DNA of 64,000 nt from the human T2T-CHM13v2.0 reference genome, Homo sapiens: NCBI RefSeq assembly GCF_009914755.1, contig NC_060927.1, one strand, 5' to 3'. Within the stretch, counting starts at the first letter, position 1, and each line of letters begins with the position of its first letter. The translations under genes and the position numbers were made by a program. Shown here piece by piece: positions 16,132 to 31,232 of the stretch. Under the pieces are notes generated by a model. The model was not told the DNA's origin. It saw only the letters and a list, made by a program, of their open reading frames with translations, and ran no database searches.

Positions 16132-19121
16132 GAATATTTTGGACCAAACTGATTTGTGGCTTTATTTTATGTGACCTTACATTATATTGGTCTTAGTTTT
16201 TCTACTTATCTTCAGTTTAATTTTTTTGTATATTTTTGTGAGCAACTTTTAAACTTTGGGGGAATTAAACATGCTCTAAGTAAAGAAATGTCACTCCATT
16301 TGAAATATAAGTGTGAATTACCGTACTGGATTGTGAACTTTTTTTACGACAGATACTATTGTATTACCTTATATTCTTCCAATACCAAGTGCCAGATAGA
16401 AAGTGACTTTAAGATTTTTGTGTGTGTGTTTATGTGTGTGTGCCCACACATGAATGTGCATATTCATTATTTCATTTAAGTTTGATTTTTATGTTATGAG
16501 GACATTTATATGATGGTATCTAATATATCTTCCGCTTCTCTGTCATTCTTGTATGTATACAAACTTATTAAAAAAGAAAGTATGTATTTTCCACGCTTTT
16601 TTCTGGGTCCTCTCCTAAGAATTAGGTTTCACTAACTTGAGTATTGTATTTTCTCACTGTAATATACTGAATTTGAAAAAGACTCTCTAATCTCTAAAGA
16701 AAAATTTGCAGTTAAAAAATTATGTTTGCACTTTGTTGTTTTGCTGTAACTTTTCTATATTTCTATTGCGTCCTTCAGTCTGTAAGACAATAAACACAAG
16801 TCGTAGGATAGAGCAGTCTTCTGAGTACCACTGGGATGTTTCAATCTACAGAAGTCTGACAATTCTCATCACATTTTTTTAATAAAGTGGGCTCTTTAAT
16901 TTTAGAGTAATCTTTCTTTGTCTTAGAACAATAAGTTTGTGAGAGCGTCAGCATGGTCTCTCAACAATTCTTGTCAGTGGAAAATGTGTTTACATGTTGC
17001 TAGCAACACTATGAATTGCTCACTGGGGACCTAAGCAGGTGACAATGAGGTTTATTGCCTGAGAGTGTTAGTGATTATTTTACATAACTTGGCTTGGGAA
17101 CATACTACAAAACAAACAACTTTTGAGAGCTTTTTTGCTTTGGTAATTTTGTGTTGTTGAGATCATATGGAGAGGCAGGCAGCTCTGCAGACTATGGAAC
17201 AATGAGCTAGCATATATAAATCCGAGCTGATACCTTGAGGTAATTCTTCTTTGCAAAGTAAAAAGATATTCGGTAATCAGACACTGCTAATGTGTCTCCA
17301 TGATAATATATTCTTGTCTTGAACACAGCAATTTATTTTTCTGCTAACATATTCCTGCTAGCATTTATGTCTCTATCTACCGCTCAATTACATATGCATG
17401 AGTTCATGTTTTCACATTGTGTGTTTTATTCACACCGTCCTGTGCACTTGAAACACTTAATCCAACAGTGTATTATTTATCTCTGTGGAGCAGTGTGTTC
17501 ATACAGGTACAAGCTTAGCGAAGAACTTTCTAAACACCACAGAATTACAGGTCAACAAACCCAGTGATTTTGTATGCATTTGACAAATAACCATTTCATT
17601 CAAGGAGAGAAAATGTCAATAAAGCAGCTTTTAAAAAATTAATTGAGTGTATGATTGACCGGTGGATTGAGATTGGTCAGAATACCACTCAAAGTAGAAG
17701 AGATTTGGGGAGAGAAATATACTAAAATATTCTGCTAAACTAGAAAACTGCTTTTCAAACAATTGGCAGGTGAAGGTCTTCTTCCCAGGTCCTAAGAGAA
17801 ACGGAAGAATCTGGTATATCTAAGTGATTGTGGTTTTATTCTTGAACTTAGCAAACCTCTGCCTACTTATAAATTTATACATGGGTGTCCATCAGAGTGG
17901 CATCTAGATGGGATGAAGGAAAGGATTTCTGGTACTCTCTCCTGCTTGATTTCTCCATTGGTCTTGTCACTGGAAGGCAATGTGGGACACTGCAGCCAGA
18001 AAATGAGACATCTTAGTTGCTGCTATGACGCATGCCACTCACTTGCTTTTCCTTGAACCAGGAAAACCTCACAGCTATTTACTAACTTTTCCTTTACTTT
18101 GACAGACACTGCAATGGAAATTCATATTGATTTTTACCAGTTCTAAGATCTTACATCTTTTAAGCCTCATAAAAGCAAAGTATTGAGAAGAAAACCCCCA
18201 ATACATTATCACCAAAATTGGACAGAGGAGGAAGATAATTTATCTATGTAATTCAGTAATATTCTCTTTTTCTTTAGTGGGGGATTAAATTTTTTGTAAC
18301 CTTCTTAAACTTTTGTTACCTTTGTAATTTAAAGTGACAAGTTAAATGCTAACGCAATTGATAGGGGTGAGCAACTGGTCAATGACTGGCCTGATCAGAC
18401 TACGTAATGTTGCTGAAATTGCTAAAATATGCAGGTCCATTGTAATTTTGACAGAAAACAGTTTTCTGCAGGGCTTTATATCTCCCTGGTGATATTAAAA
18501 GCCAACAATGTTGTAAGTACCAAATTTCTTTGGAGGAAAGTTGAGAGACCTCAGCAACCTAGACGTCATGTTAAAAATAAATAAAGTCTGAGTATCTTGA
18601 GATTTCATCTGTGTCAGTTTTGAATGGGAAATTTGATGGTAGAGTATAATACTGCAGTTAAAAGACTTGCATTCACTTTCCTCCCACAGCCAAGTTACAA
18701 ATTATAACAAGTAAGGACCTATTTATTTTTTTGCTTAGGCCTAGGACCCCTAAGGCAAAATAAATTGGATATTTTGTGCAGTAATTTAGTGATGTGGTGG
18801 TAGGCAATCGGAGTGGTGGAAAAGGGTATGCATATTTAGCATACACCATTTAAGGACACGAGTTAACATTTATTTTAGTAACTTTGGTGGAGCCCAGGAC
18901 ATCTGTTAACGGCTAGTCTGAACAATAAACATCTGCCAGTATCTTCTTTCTAAAAATAGTTTCTTTCTTTTGACCATATCCTTTTTATTTCTACTAGGTG
19001 CTCTTTATTTTTGTTCCTACATACAGAACCAGATTATTGTTAGTTCACACGGCATGGTTTTACAAAAGAGAAAAAGGTATGACATCTGAGTACATTCAGC
19101 ACCACACACCAGGGCTCATGG

Positions 19122-19211
19122 CAGGTCCAGCTGTGTAATTTACAGAGCCCAGTGCAAATTGGAAATATGGGATCCTTTATTAAAAAATTATTAAGAATTT
19201 TAAGATGGTGA
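19122..19211. mobile_element. MER45A-like hAT fragment
   Basis: 'gcccagtgcaaattggaaatatggga...aaaaattattaagaattttaagatgg'. Confidence 0.7.
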
Positions 19212-19384
19212 GACTGGATTTCTGAACCTGCCCAGTATGTTAGAGCACTCCTAGATGTAGGTTAGTCAGTAATGAAGGTACACTGGATAACATCTCTTGC
19301 TCATCTAGCTAAACACCCAGTCAACATGAAGAAGGTTTCATCCATTTGTGATCAAATCCATTTTATTACTTAATCTTTGAGGTG

Positions 19385-19580
19385 GAAGGTGGTGTAATTT
19401 AGTAGTTTATCCTTGAGGAAGTCAGATCTGAGTGAATTCAGGCTACATCACTTCTTGTTTGGCTGGTCTGCAAAATGGTTTGGTTTAAGTACCTTGTCTG
19501 CAAAATGAGAATATCTGCAACATAGAATTCTGGTTAGGATAACTCAGATACATCTCTGTCATAGGCATTCAGTAAATAAT
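19385..19580 (+). mobile_element. MIR SINE (degenerate)
   Basis: 'gtctgcaaaatgagaata...cataggcattcagtaaat'. Confidence 0.55.
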
Positions 19581-20214
19581 ATCTCTGACTATGGTCAAAT
19601 AAAATCAAGTTATTCTCTTAATGACCAAGAATTATATTAATTACTACTAGCTTTGGTTATCAAAAACAGTGCCTTGCAAATCTAAAATATAATTTCTAGA
19701 AAATAAGACCCTTTATAAAGAGAGAAAGCATTGTGAAATCAAACAGTTAGATGATTTCAAACATAAATGTGACATGAAGATTTTCTTTAATAATACAGTA
19801 ATAGAAGCTTAAATTAGGTTTTTAATCGTGTGAATGTGTGTTTTATGGAAGAAGAATTGTCTTGCTATAATTGTGCTTTCATTTAAGGAGACCAATTATT
19901 TAAATAAACATCACCAAGGAAATTAAGAGATTTACTATGAATGAGCCATACAAAGGTAAATAACTACTATTCTATGGAGAGAAAGAAAAGAATTTAATCT
20001 GGAAAACCTTGAGTGTTAGCCAGTTAAAATATTTGCATTGCCCAAAATGATTTCCATAGCAATGGGAATTTGGTGGTCTCACAACAATTTAATTCTAACA
20101 TTCTATCTCATTTCCTAATATATTTCATCTTGATGAGAGGCCAAAAATTCTTGTGATATCAAAAGATATAAATATCAATGGATAATTTTTTCCAGAAAAA
20201 CACATTTTAAGTAT

Positions 20215-20462
20215 AGAGAATGGTACATTAGATATAGCATGGAATTTGGATCCAAACAGACTGTTCAAATTTCATCTTCTAACATTGAATAATATTTTTT
20301 TAATTTGGCAAGCCATTTAACCTCTCTGATCCTAGATTCTTCATTCTTAAAATCTGGGCAACAATGCCCACATAACAAGAATTGAATTAAGAATGCCGTC
20401 TTATGTATGTAAGTGGCTTTCCAACATAGTTGTTGCTCAATAAATGATGGCTTTTGCTACTT
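20215..20462 (+). mobile_element. MIR SINE
   Basis: 'ggcaagccatttaacctctctga...gctcaataaatg'. Confidence 0.75.
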
Positions 20463-21559
20463 ATTAACAGTAATAACAAAATTGAGAATATTTCTGATTT
20501 TTATATTTGCATTTTATCTTCCCAAATAGATTATTCGCTCGTTCTGGACTGGCATCATAGTTAAACTCCTTTTCTTTCCTCAAAAACTCTCAGCACAACT
20601 TTAAACAGCTAACAGCCACCAGGAAAAAGAACTCTGTAAAAAGGCATTATTTTATTCAACAATGAAGCATTCTGTATCTAGACCTGGGCTGAAAATCCAG
20701 ATGCTTACAGACCAAGAGAGAAGGTGGCCTGGATCATTCCTTATGAAATTTTGACTTGTGCTCCTTTGATCCAGACACACATCATGTCACGTAAATCTCC
20801 TACAAATATTCTCCATTCTACCAAGATATGCCCTTTCCTGTTTTTAGAAAGTTAGAGATTTTCAGTCTATCTTTCACTTTACCACAGTTCGGTAGAGTCA
20901 TAGGTTCAATACTATTTTATTTTCCTCTTAATGCTAAGAACATCCAAGTATATAAGTGTAATGACAGATAGTACCTGGCAGTCTAACCCAATATCAGGGG
21001 ACATTGTGAAGTGGTGGAGACTGTGGTCAATGGGCAAGTTTACGCCCTACCCCAAGGGGCAGCTACACATCTGATGATCTTGGTAATAAATTCTGATAAT
21101 ATTTATAAACTATTTTCTTCATTAGCCCAGGTGCTGGATTTCTATAACTATTACCGACTAGTTAAAAGGAGTAAAAATGGTAGTGACTTAATGCATTTTT
21201 AAGATCTTTCCAGATTTCGAGGAGCAAGGAAGTATTCTTGTTTACTGTCTGCCGAATGGAGGTGTCTTGAAAGAATATGTGACAAGATAAACAAGAGAGG
21301 AATGCACTTCAGCAGCCATGGAGCAAAGTTTCATAGAGAAATGCAATGCTGTTTTTGTTCAGTAAGAAAGGTGTCTGCCAGCACCTGCAGTGACTCATCA
21401 CCTCCTTAAGGATTTGTCCTCTGAAGTAGCCATTCAGTTCTCCCTGTTATAACCTGTTGCTAACCCAGGTACTCTTTCTGCTCAACTCTCCATGTGTTTG
21501 GATACCACTACTACATGTTTTTGTGCTCTGTTTCCTATCTCGTGATTGCTACTACATCA

Positions 21560-21810
21560 ATAATGCATGACTTTTAGCTGTCTCGTAGTTTTTCCAGCTT
21601 GCACCTCAGTTCAGATTCCTCTAGAGGGAAGATCTTACTGGGTCTGTTAGTCACCGTCCAGTTTACCTGGTGTTCTTCTTGGCCAAGCTTTCAAGTCACT
21701 CTACTGCTTAGCTTGAAGACCACTGATCTGTGGACACGTCCCTGAGGTCAGGTCCCCACATTGGTCCAATCAGTTGTGGTCAAGGTTGGTAGAGTCAAGT
21801 GGTCTGAAGC
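21560..21810 (-). mobile_element. Old MaLR (MLT1-type) LTR fragment
   Basis: 'ggtcaggtccccacattggtccaatcagttgtggtcaagg' is typical of old MLT1 LTRs. Confidence 0.4.
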
Positions 21811-22995
21811 TCAGTGACTCCTTCACAAGAAACTCCTTGAGGTCATGACAAACTCCGAGGCACCTCAGAAGGAATAGAAAATATTCTAACTTGTATTATG
21901 TTGACTGACTGGTACAAATAATAATTTTTACCCTATCTCTTCAACTTAACTATAGGTTGCCAAAAATCCTCAATGATTCAAATGCATTTTTAATTCAAAA
22001 AAACAACACATTATTTGATATTTGGCTCAGTAGTCCTATGTCTTCTGAAGTTAGCAGGGTTTACAATGTCTGTTCTGCCCAGAAATGATTTATGTCTTTT
22101 GATACTCAAACTCTATTAACAGTTGGTAAAGTTTTAAAATAGAATTGTAAATTTTCATATTGCTCTACACAGAGATCATATGCATGAAAGCTCACTGATG
22201 ATGTAAAGTAGGGCTGCTTGTGCAGTCTAATTCTGAACAGTGGGTCAGTAAAATATCAAATTAATTATTGGGAGAGATTTATATAAAGTGTCATTCCTAA
22301 TAGGTAACTAAAGTGTCTGTCCTGAATGTTTGATTTCTAATTAGCTATGAAGTTCTAGCACTAGTGAGTTATGCACAGATTCAGTTAGGAGGAGCTCCTT
22401 TGACATAGAGGACAGAACTTCAGAATGAATAATGCCTTACAATTACTCATTTCTTCCTTTTAGATTTATATCTAAAATTTCCTATTCCCATCAAAGTGAA
22501 GTATAGTTCAGTTTTCTGGACAAATATTATCTTTGAATTCTGAATCTTCACAACTGTGAAGGCTTTTTATTTCTTGTTTAAGTCCAAAGTTAGAATTCTC
22601 TGTTGGTAATGAGTTACTCTGTCTCTTTCAGAAGTCCGTTCAGTCACTTCTCCACACATTTAGACCACATGCACACAAGCATCATGAGAGGGAGAAAATT
22701 GAAATGTTCTAATTACAAATGAATAAATATTCACTGAAATAATTTGTTTTCTATTCAAGTTTTACCTTAGTAAGATTCCAAATTGAAACTCTTATCTATG
22801 ACGTTTGAACAACTCAGTGAAAAGCTACAGTTAACAAAAAGTGAACAAGAGAACCATCAATAGGAAATCCCTATGCGATATGTTAACATAAACTAATATT
22901 AACAAAAAGACTGTTGGTTTTTCAGATCCCTTTCTTCTGCTTTACTTTGATTTTTAGTCAATTGCAATATGGACCATAATAAAAATGACCTAATT

Positions 22996-23312
<317 letters not shown>

Positions 23313-23371
23313 CCCCAAAATGACCTAATTTTTAAAAACCTAACCACTAAAACACTCAATTTTGATTATTC

Positions 23372-24900
23372 CTTTATTTATCGGGGTAAAAAATACATAA
23401 TATGAAATCTGCCCTCTTAACTAATTTTTAAATGTACACTATGGTATTGTTAACTATAAACACAATGTTGAATAGCACATCTCTAGAACTTTTGGAGCTT
23501 GTATAATTGAAACTTTATGCCCATTGAACAGCAGCTCCTCGTTTCCCCTCCCTTCATACTTGGCAACCACCATTCCACCTCTGCTTTCATGACCTTGACT
23601 ACTTCAGATATGTCGTGTAAATGGAATTCATGCAGTATTTGTCCTTCTGTGACTGACTTATTTCACTTAGCATAGTGCCCTCAATGTTCATCCATGCTGT
23701 AGCATTTGACAGAATTTTCTTCTCTTTTTATGACTGAATAATATTCAATTGTATGTGTATGCCACATTTTCTTTATTCATTCATCCATCAATGGACATTA
23801 AGATTGCTTCAAGATTATGTTGTCTAATTTCCACGTTTGTGAATTTTCAAGCTTTCTTTTCGCTGTCGATTTCTAGTTTCATTCCACTGTGATCAGAAAA
23901 GATGCTTGGTATGATTTCAATCTTTTAAAATTTATTAGGACTTGTTTTTTGTGATCTTTCTTGGAAAATGTTTCATGTGCTTTAAAGAGTAATATACATT
24001 CTACTGCTTTGGGTAGACTGTTCTGTGTATTAGTCATAAACATTTTTTTCCTAAGGCGTAGTTCATGTCTTCTGTATCCTATTAATCTTCTGTCTGGATG
24101 TCTTATTCATTATATGATAGGGTATTAAAGTCTCCTACTATGATTGTGTTGCTGTGTACTTCTTTTAGTTGTCAATGTTTACTTCATATATTTAGGTACT
24201 CTAATGTTGGATGTATGTATTCTAATAATTCCTATATCTTCCTGGTAAATTCATACTTTTGTCACTATATAATATCCTTCTTTGTTTGTTGTAACAGTTT
24301 TTTACTTAAATTCTATTTTGTTTGACATAAGTATGTCTGCCTAGCTCTCTTTTGGTTACCAGTTACATGGAAGATTCTTTTCTACCCTTTCACTTTCAGT
24401 TTATGTGTATCCTTAAGTGTAAAGTGAGTATAGATTCACATAATTGGATCCTGGTTTTTTTTTTTTTTTCATTTATTCAGCCACTCTGTCCTTTGTTTGG
24501 GGATTTAATCTATTTCCATTTAGAGTAATTATTAATAGCAAATAAATTAATATTGCCATTAAAAAGTATTTTCTGGCGGCTTTATAGATCTTTTGTCCTT
24601 CTTTTCCTCTATTGCTGTCTGTGTTTTAAAAATTTTTTTGCATTGATATATTTTGATACATTTCTCATTCTCTTTTGTGTTTCTGCTATAGATTTTCTTT
24701 GTGGTTATCATGTGGCTTATATAAAATCTTATATAGTTATAGCAATCTCTTTTAAGCTGATGACAACATAAGTTCAATTGCATACATAAACTACTTTTAA
24801 TTCTCCCTGCAACACTTTATATTATTGTTAGAAATTACATTTTCATTATATATTTATTTCTGTATTATAATATCCCATCGGTTATTTTCAATATACATCA
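23372..24900 (-). mobile_element. Old L1 (L1MA/MB-type): 3' end fused at ~23810 to an ORF2 endonuclease/inter-ORF segment
   Basis: 3'-end motifs ('cagtatttgtccttctgtgactgacttatttcacttagcata'), then an abrupt switch to 'tgttgtctaatttccac...ttccactgtgatcaga' and 'gtattaaagtctcctacta' (antisense GDFN region). Confidence 0.85.
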
Positions 24901-24920
24901 ATGTGAAACATAAATTACTT

Positions 24921-25244
24921 ATTTATTTATTTATTTATTTACTTACTTATTTATTTTTATTTTATTTTTTTGGAAACAGAGTCTCACTCTGTCTGGAGTG
25001 TAGTGGTACAATCTTGGCTCACTGCGTCTCTGTCTCCCGGGTTCAAGTGGTTATCCTGCCTCAGCCTCCTGAGTATTTGGGATTATAGGCATGTGCCACC
25101 ACGCCCAATTAATTTTTGTGTTTTTAGTAGAGACAGGTTTTCACCATCTTGGCTAGGCTTGTCTCAAACTCGCGACCTCAGGTGATCTGCCCGCCTCGGC
25201 CTCCCAAAGTGCTGGGATTACAGGGGTGAACCACCACACCCAGC
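24921..25244 (-). mobile_element. AluS with (TAAA)n tail
   Basis: Antisense dimer with a short deletion near the 3' end. Confidence 0.93.
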
Positions 25245-25673
25245 TGGCCTTGATTACTTCCATTTTTTTTTTTAAATCTTTGTACATACGTACTTGAGTA
25301 TTTATATTATGATTTGTCTGCATGGTAAAGTCAAGCTGAATTAATAATGAGTATGTGAAATAATGTGTTAAATACTATAAAATTGCTTTCTAGAAATTTA
25401 CTCCAATTTGCACACTCACAATTCCTTCAATCCAAATTGTCATGCCCATACACATTTAAAAAAAAAAGAAGCCTCACTCTTGTTGGCCCCAGCATGTGAC
25501 AGATTTTTAAAGAAAGATTTTGGTCGTATTTTAGCTCTTTGCACAGTAACAGCTACCCATTCTAATCCCTTAGCCACGTGGCAGGCTTGTGGGCAGGTGT
25601 TTCAGGAGTTGCTGGCAAGCAGCTTGCAAAAGCCAGGGTAGAGTAAGAAAGAGAGAAAGAAAGAAAGAAGGAA

Positions 25674-25700
25674 AACAACAACAACAACAACAACAACAAC
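25674..25700. repeat. (AAC)9 microsatellite
   Basis: Read directly from the sequence. Confidence 0.95.
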
Positions 25701-25746
25701 CTTTAAACCCTGTCTGTCCTCTAAATATTGGGAATCTGTGCTCTGA

Positions 25747-26195
<449 letters not shown>

Positions 26196-26229
26196 TAACC
26201 TTTATTTCTAACTCTTCCCCTTTTGGGAG

Positions 26230-29200
26230 CCAGACATTAAGAACTACGACATTCAAATGCAACCACATATAAAGGGGAAATTAGAAATTCACTGTATATG
26301 CCCAGAGAAGGGTGTCAGGTAAGAGAAGACCTGGAAAGACCTTAGGTTTGCACCTCAGTCTGATCCCTGGCACAGAGGCAGCCTACAACAATCAGAAGAA
26401 CAAAAACAGAAATAAAACCTAATATACTCCATGGAAAAGGGAGGATCTGATTCCTAGAATTAACACATTATTAGATTCAAATGTCCAGTTTTCAACAAAA
26501 AAAATTTACAAGACAAAAAGAAATAGGAAATACGGCTCAGTTGAAAGGGAAGAGCAACAACAACAAAAACTGTCAGTGAATCTACTAGAAAAAGGCTTTA
26601 AAATAACTCTCTTAAAGATGATCAAAGAACTAAAGGAAGATGTAAAAAAAGTATAAAAGAGAAATGATGTGTGAATGAAATGGGAACATCAATAAAGAGG
26701 TAGAAGACAGAAAAGAAACTAAATGAAATTATGAGCTGAAAAATATAATATATGACATAAAAATTTACTTGAGGGGTTCAAATGCAGGTTTGGGCCAGCA
26801 GAAAGAACTTGTACACTTAAAATACATCAATGGACATTATCAAGTCTGAGGAACAGAATGGAAAAAGGTTAAAGTGCAACCCAGCCTAAGGGACCTGTGG
26901 GACACCATAAAATACACCAACATACATGCTGAAGGACTCCCAAAGGAGAAGTGAGAGAAAAGGGCAGAGAAAATATTTGAAAAAAAAAAAAAAAAAAGCA
27001 AATTGCAGGTCAATATCCTCTATGAACATTGATGCAGAAATCCTCAGGACAATATTAGCAAATCAAATTTAATTGCATGTTAAAATGATCATACACCATG
27101 ACCGAGTGGGATTTCTACCTGGGATGCAAAGATGATTTAACATATGAAAATCAATCAATGTAATATACCACATTAACAGACTGAAGGAATAAGTTCACAT
27201 AATCATCTTTATTAATGCAGAGAAAAGCATTTAACAAAATTTAACAAACTAAGACTGCCTCTACATAATAAAAATTATGTATTAAAAAACTGAAAACCAA
27301 CTTTATTCTCGTTAGTGAAAGACTGAAAGCTTTTTCTATAACATTAAGAACAAAACAAGGATGCCTACTCTCACTACTTCTATTCAACAAAGTACTGGAA
27401 GTCTTAGCAGAGCAAATAGTCAATGAAAAGAAACAAAAGGGATCCAAATATAAAATGAATAAGTGAAATCACCTGTTTGTAGATAACATGATCTTATATG
27501 TAGAAAACCCTAAAGATTCCATGAAAAACATTATAAATAATAAATTCAGTAAAGTTGCAGAATACAAAATTGACATACAAAAATCAGTTGTGTTTCTATA
27601 CACTAATAATGTATAATCCAAAAGGAAATTTAAAAAAAAATCTCATCTATAATACTATCAAAAAAATAAAGTACTTAGGGAAACACTTAAACAAGAAAGT
27701 GACAGACATATACACTGAAAATTACAAAACATTGTTGAAAGAAATTTAAGAAAACATAAATAAATGCAAAAATATCCAATGTTCATGGATTGGAAGACAA
27801 TATTGTTAATACATCTATACTATCCAAAGTGATCTATCTACATATTAAATGGAATTTCTATCAAAATCCTAGTGGTATATTTTCCAGAAGTAGAAAAACC
27901 CATGCTAAAATTTATATGAAATGTCCAAGAACCCTGAATAACCAAGACAATCTTGATACAAAAGAACAAAGCTGGAGGATTCATACTTCGTGATTTCAAA
28001 ACTTACTACAAAGCTACAGTAGTAAAAACAGTGTGGCTCTGTCAAAAAGACAAACATATGGAATGGATACAAATGGAATGCAATAGACAGCCCAGAAATC
28101 AACCCTCAAATATATGGTCGCATGATAGTCAACAAAAGTGTGAGGATCATTCAGTGTGGAAATGGACAATTTTTCAACAAATGTTATTGGGAGAACTGGA
28201 CATCCTCATGTAGATGACTAAGTTGGATCTTTAACACTGTATAAAAATTGATTGGAACAATTCAAAATTGTTCCATGACCCAAATATAACACTTAAAAAT
28301 ATAAAATTTTTAGACAAAGATATTGGGCAAAATCTTCATGACACTGAATTTGTCAATGATTTCTTGGCTATGATACCAAAGGCATAGGCAACAACAACAA
28401 AAATAGACAAATTAGACTTTATTAAATTTTCTAAAAATTGTGCACCAAAACACACTATCAACAGAGCAAAACACAACCCAGAAAATGGGAGAAAATATTT
28501 GCAAATTTTATATCTGACAAAGGATTAACATTTAGTATATATAGAACACTCCTAAAGTTCAACAACAAAAAAACCTGACAACTTGATTCAAAATTGGGCA
28601 AAAGATTTGAAAAGATCTTTATCGAAAAAAGATAATCAAATAGTCAGTGAGTGATATGGTTGTCTGTGTCCCTACCCAAATCTCATCTTGAATTGTAGCT
28701 CCCATAATTCCCATGTGTTGTGGGAGGGACCTGGTGGGATGTAATTAAATCATGGGGGCTGGGCTTTCCCATGCTGTTCTGCTGATAGTGAATAAGTCTC
28801 ATGGGATCTGATGGTTTTATAAAGGGCAGTTCTCCTGCACATGCTCTTTTGACTGCTGCCATGTAAGACGTGCCTTTGTGTCTCCTTTGCCTTCTACCAT
28901 GATTGTGAGGCCTTCCCAGCCATGTGGAACTGTGAGTCCATTAAACCTCTTTCCTTTATAAATTACCCAGTTTCAGGTATGTCTTTATTAGCAGTGTGAG
29001 AACAGACTAACACAATGAGCATGATGATTAATTAGGAAAATGCACATCAGAACTACAGTGAGATACCACGTCATACCCATTAGGATGGCTAGTATTAGAA
29101 CAAAGAAGAAAAAGAAAAGAAAAGGTGTTGGCAAGTATGTGGAGAAATTGGAACCCTTGTGCATTGTCGGTAGGAATGCAAAAATGGTGCAGCCACTGTG

Positions 29201-29780
29201 GAAAACAGTATGGCAATTCCTCAAAAACTGAAAAGTAGAACTACCATATGATTCAGCAATTCCACTTCTTGGTATACAGCCAACATAACTGAACTCAAGT
29301 TCTCAAAAAGATATGTGTACACCCATGTTCACAGCAGCATTATTCACAATAGCTAAAATGTGGAAGCAACTGATGAATGGATAAATAAAATGTGTTGTAT
29401 ACTTACATAGGAATATTGTGCAGGAAGGACACTTGGACACATGCTATACCATGAATGAACTTTGAAGACATATTGCTACATTGAATAATAAAGTCACAAA
29501 AAGACAAATACTGTTTGACTCCACTTAAATGAGGCACTTAAAAGTTGTCAAACTCACAGAGACATCATGGTTGCCTGGGTCTGTCAAGGAGGGGGAAACA
29601 CAGAGTGTTTAATGGGTATGGATTTTCAGTTTGCAAGACAGAAAGAATTTTGTAGATGAATGGTGATAGTTCCACAACAATATAGCTATACATAATACCA
29701 CCAAATTGTACACTTAAAAATGACTAAGACAGTAAATTTTATGTTACATGTATTATACCACATTAAAACATTTTTAAAAA
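26230..29780 (+). mobile_element. Old L1 (L1MB-like) with an internal deletion, split by a THE1 LTR
   Basis: 5'/ORF1 remnant ('gggacctgtgggacacca'), an A-run junction at ~26980-26997, then RT-to-3' sequence (DFKTYYKATV in ORF 27953-28213; LWKTVWQFLK). The 3'UTR ends ~29780. Confidence 0.88.
28652..29014 (+). mobile_element. THE1 (THE1B/C-like) MaLR solo LTR
   Basis: tgatatggt...gactaacaca, 363 bp. 5-bp TSD gtgag/atgag. Confidence 0.93.
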
Positions 29781-29784
29781 TATT

Positions 29785-29975
29785 GTCACTTTTTAGAATT
29801 TGCACTTCAATTTTGATGTTTACAATCTTCTCATGTATTTATTGGCTATTTGTAGTTTTTAATTGCCTGTTCATATCATTTGCCTATTTTTTAAAAAAAC
29901 AACTGAGTAGTTTGTTATTGATTTGAATGAAGTATCTATAAACATTAGCAAATAGTCCTTTGTCTGACATATAAA
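29785..29975 (-). mobile_element. Ancient L1 fragment
   Basis: 'atttattggctatttgta...gcctgttcatatcatttgcctatttt'. Confidence 0.6.
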
Positions 29976-31127
29976 CCTTTAAAGCAGAAAATTTCATCAT
30001 TATCTGGTGACTCAGGATAAGGTGGAGCTGGTCTGAGGGAGGAACTGCTATTGGTAGACTGTTTTTTTAGTAACAATTTGTCTCACTCATTTTGGTCATG
30101 CAAACCTATAATTTGCATTTCATTGAGACCATGCTGTGATTTCAAAATGACCTTCCAAAATCAAACATTCTATATTTTTGGACACTGAAGTCCCAGTAAA
30201 GCTTGTAAAATTTTATTTTTTCATAAATTACATTCGTAATGTTGTGTTTGCCTTGTATTCTGGGAGGCTTTTCATTCCTCAAAGGTGTTACAAAAATAAA
30301 TGAGTTGATTCATAAAAATGCAATTCATATTTTATTATTTTTGTTCCCATAATGCTTACTTCATCTTGATTCGTGAGTGAGTGATGTATTGGATTAATTC
30401 TTGGCATATACCAGTTTGATTTTAATTTGTTGAACAGCATTATTCAGAAATAGTAAAATAAATAATTTCATGTTAGAAGGCCTGATTCTAAAACGACTCT
30501 AATTTTCAGCATGGCTTGGTGTTTATCATGTAGGATACTTGATTCCACAAAACACTCACATATATTTTGAAAACTTTATAACATTTCTATTCTTATGCCT
30601 GGAAATAATATAATAGAGAACTTAAAGTATTTTAGAAACCACTAATCTATCTCCACCAAACACATTTAAATTAACACATTTAAACCCTCACAATTTAAAT
30701 TAAAATTTAGCTGCTATTAATTACAATACAAAAAACTAGTTGTGATGGTTTAGCATAAAACTAATGTTTCAAACTGCAAATAATTTAAACATTTCAAAAT
30801 GGACCAAAAGCTGTTGTTTCACCTTTGGATTAACAGCCAATTACTATTTAATATTTAGTAGTAACAAATGGTTACTTTGAAGAGTTTCTATCTTTCCACT
30901 TCAAAGGAAGCCTGTGGGAGCCCACATGATTCCTGATATGAAAGTTGAAAATGAATCATGTATATAACACTCAATATTGAATATATAATTGTGTCCGGAA
31001 TTGGTGGGTTCTTGAACCCTTGTGGTGTTACAGTTCTTAAAGGTGGCGTGTCTGGAATTGTTCGTTCCCCCCCGGTAGGTTCATGGCCTCACTGGCTTCA
31101 GGAGTGAAGCTGCACACCTGGAAAGTC

Positions 31128-31232
31128 GAAATTAGACAACATAATCTTGAAGCAATCTTAATGTCCATTGATGGATGAATGAATAAAGAAAATGTGGCAT
31201 ACACATACAATTGAATATTATTCAGTCATAAA
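31128..31232 (-). repeat. Perfect inverted duplicate of 23727-23831
   Basis: 105/105 reverse-complement identity, checked base by base. Confidence 0.97.

Noticed and set aside
21220-21290. Possible exon after ctttccag reading DFEEQGSILVYCLPNGG
   Set aside because: No good donor, no recognisable homology, and an early stop.
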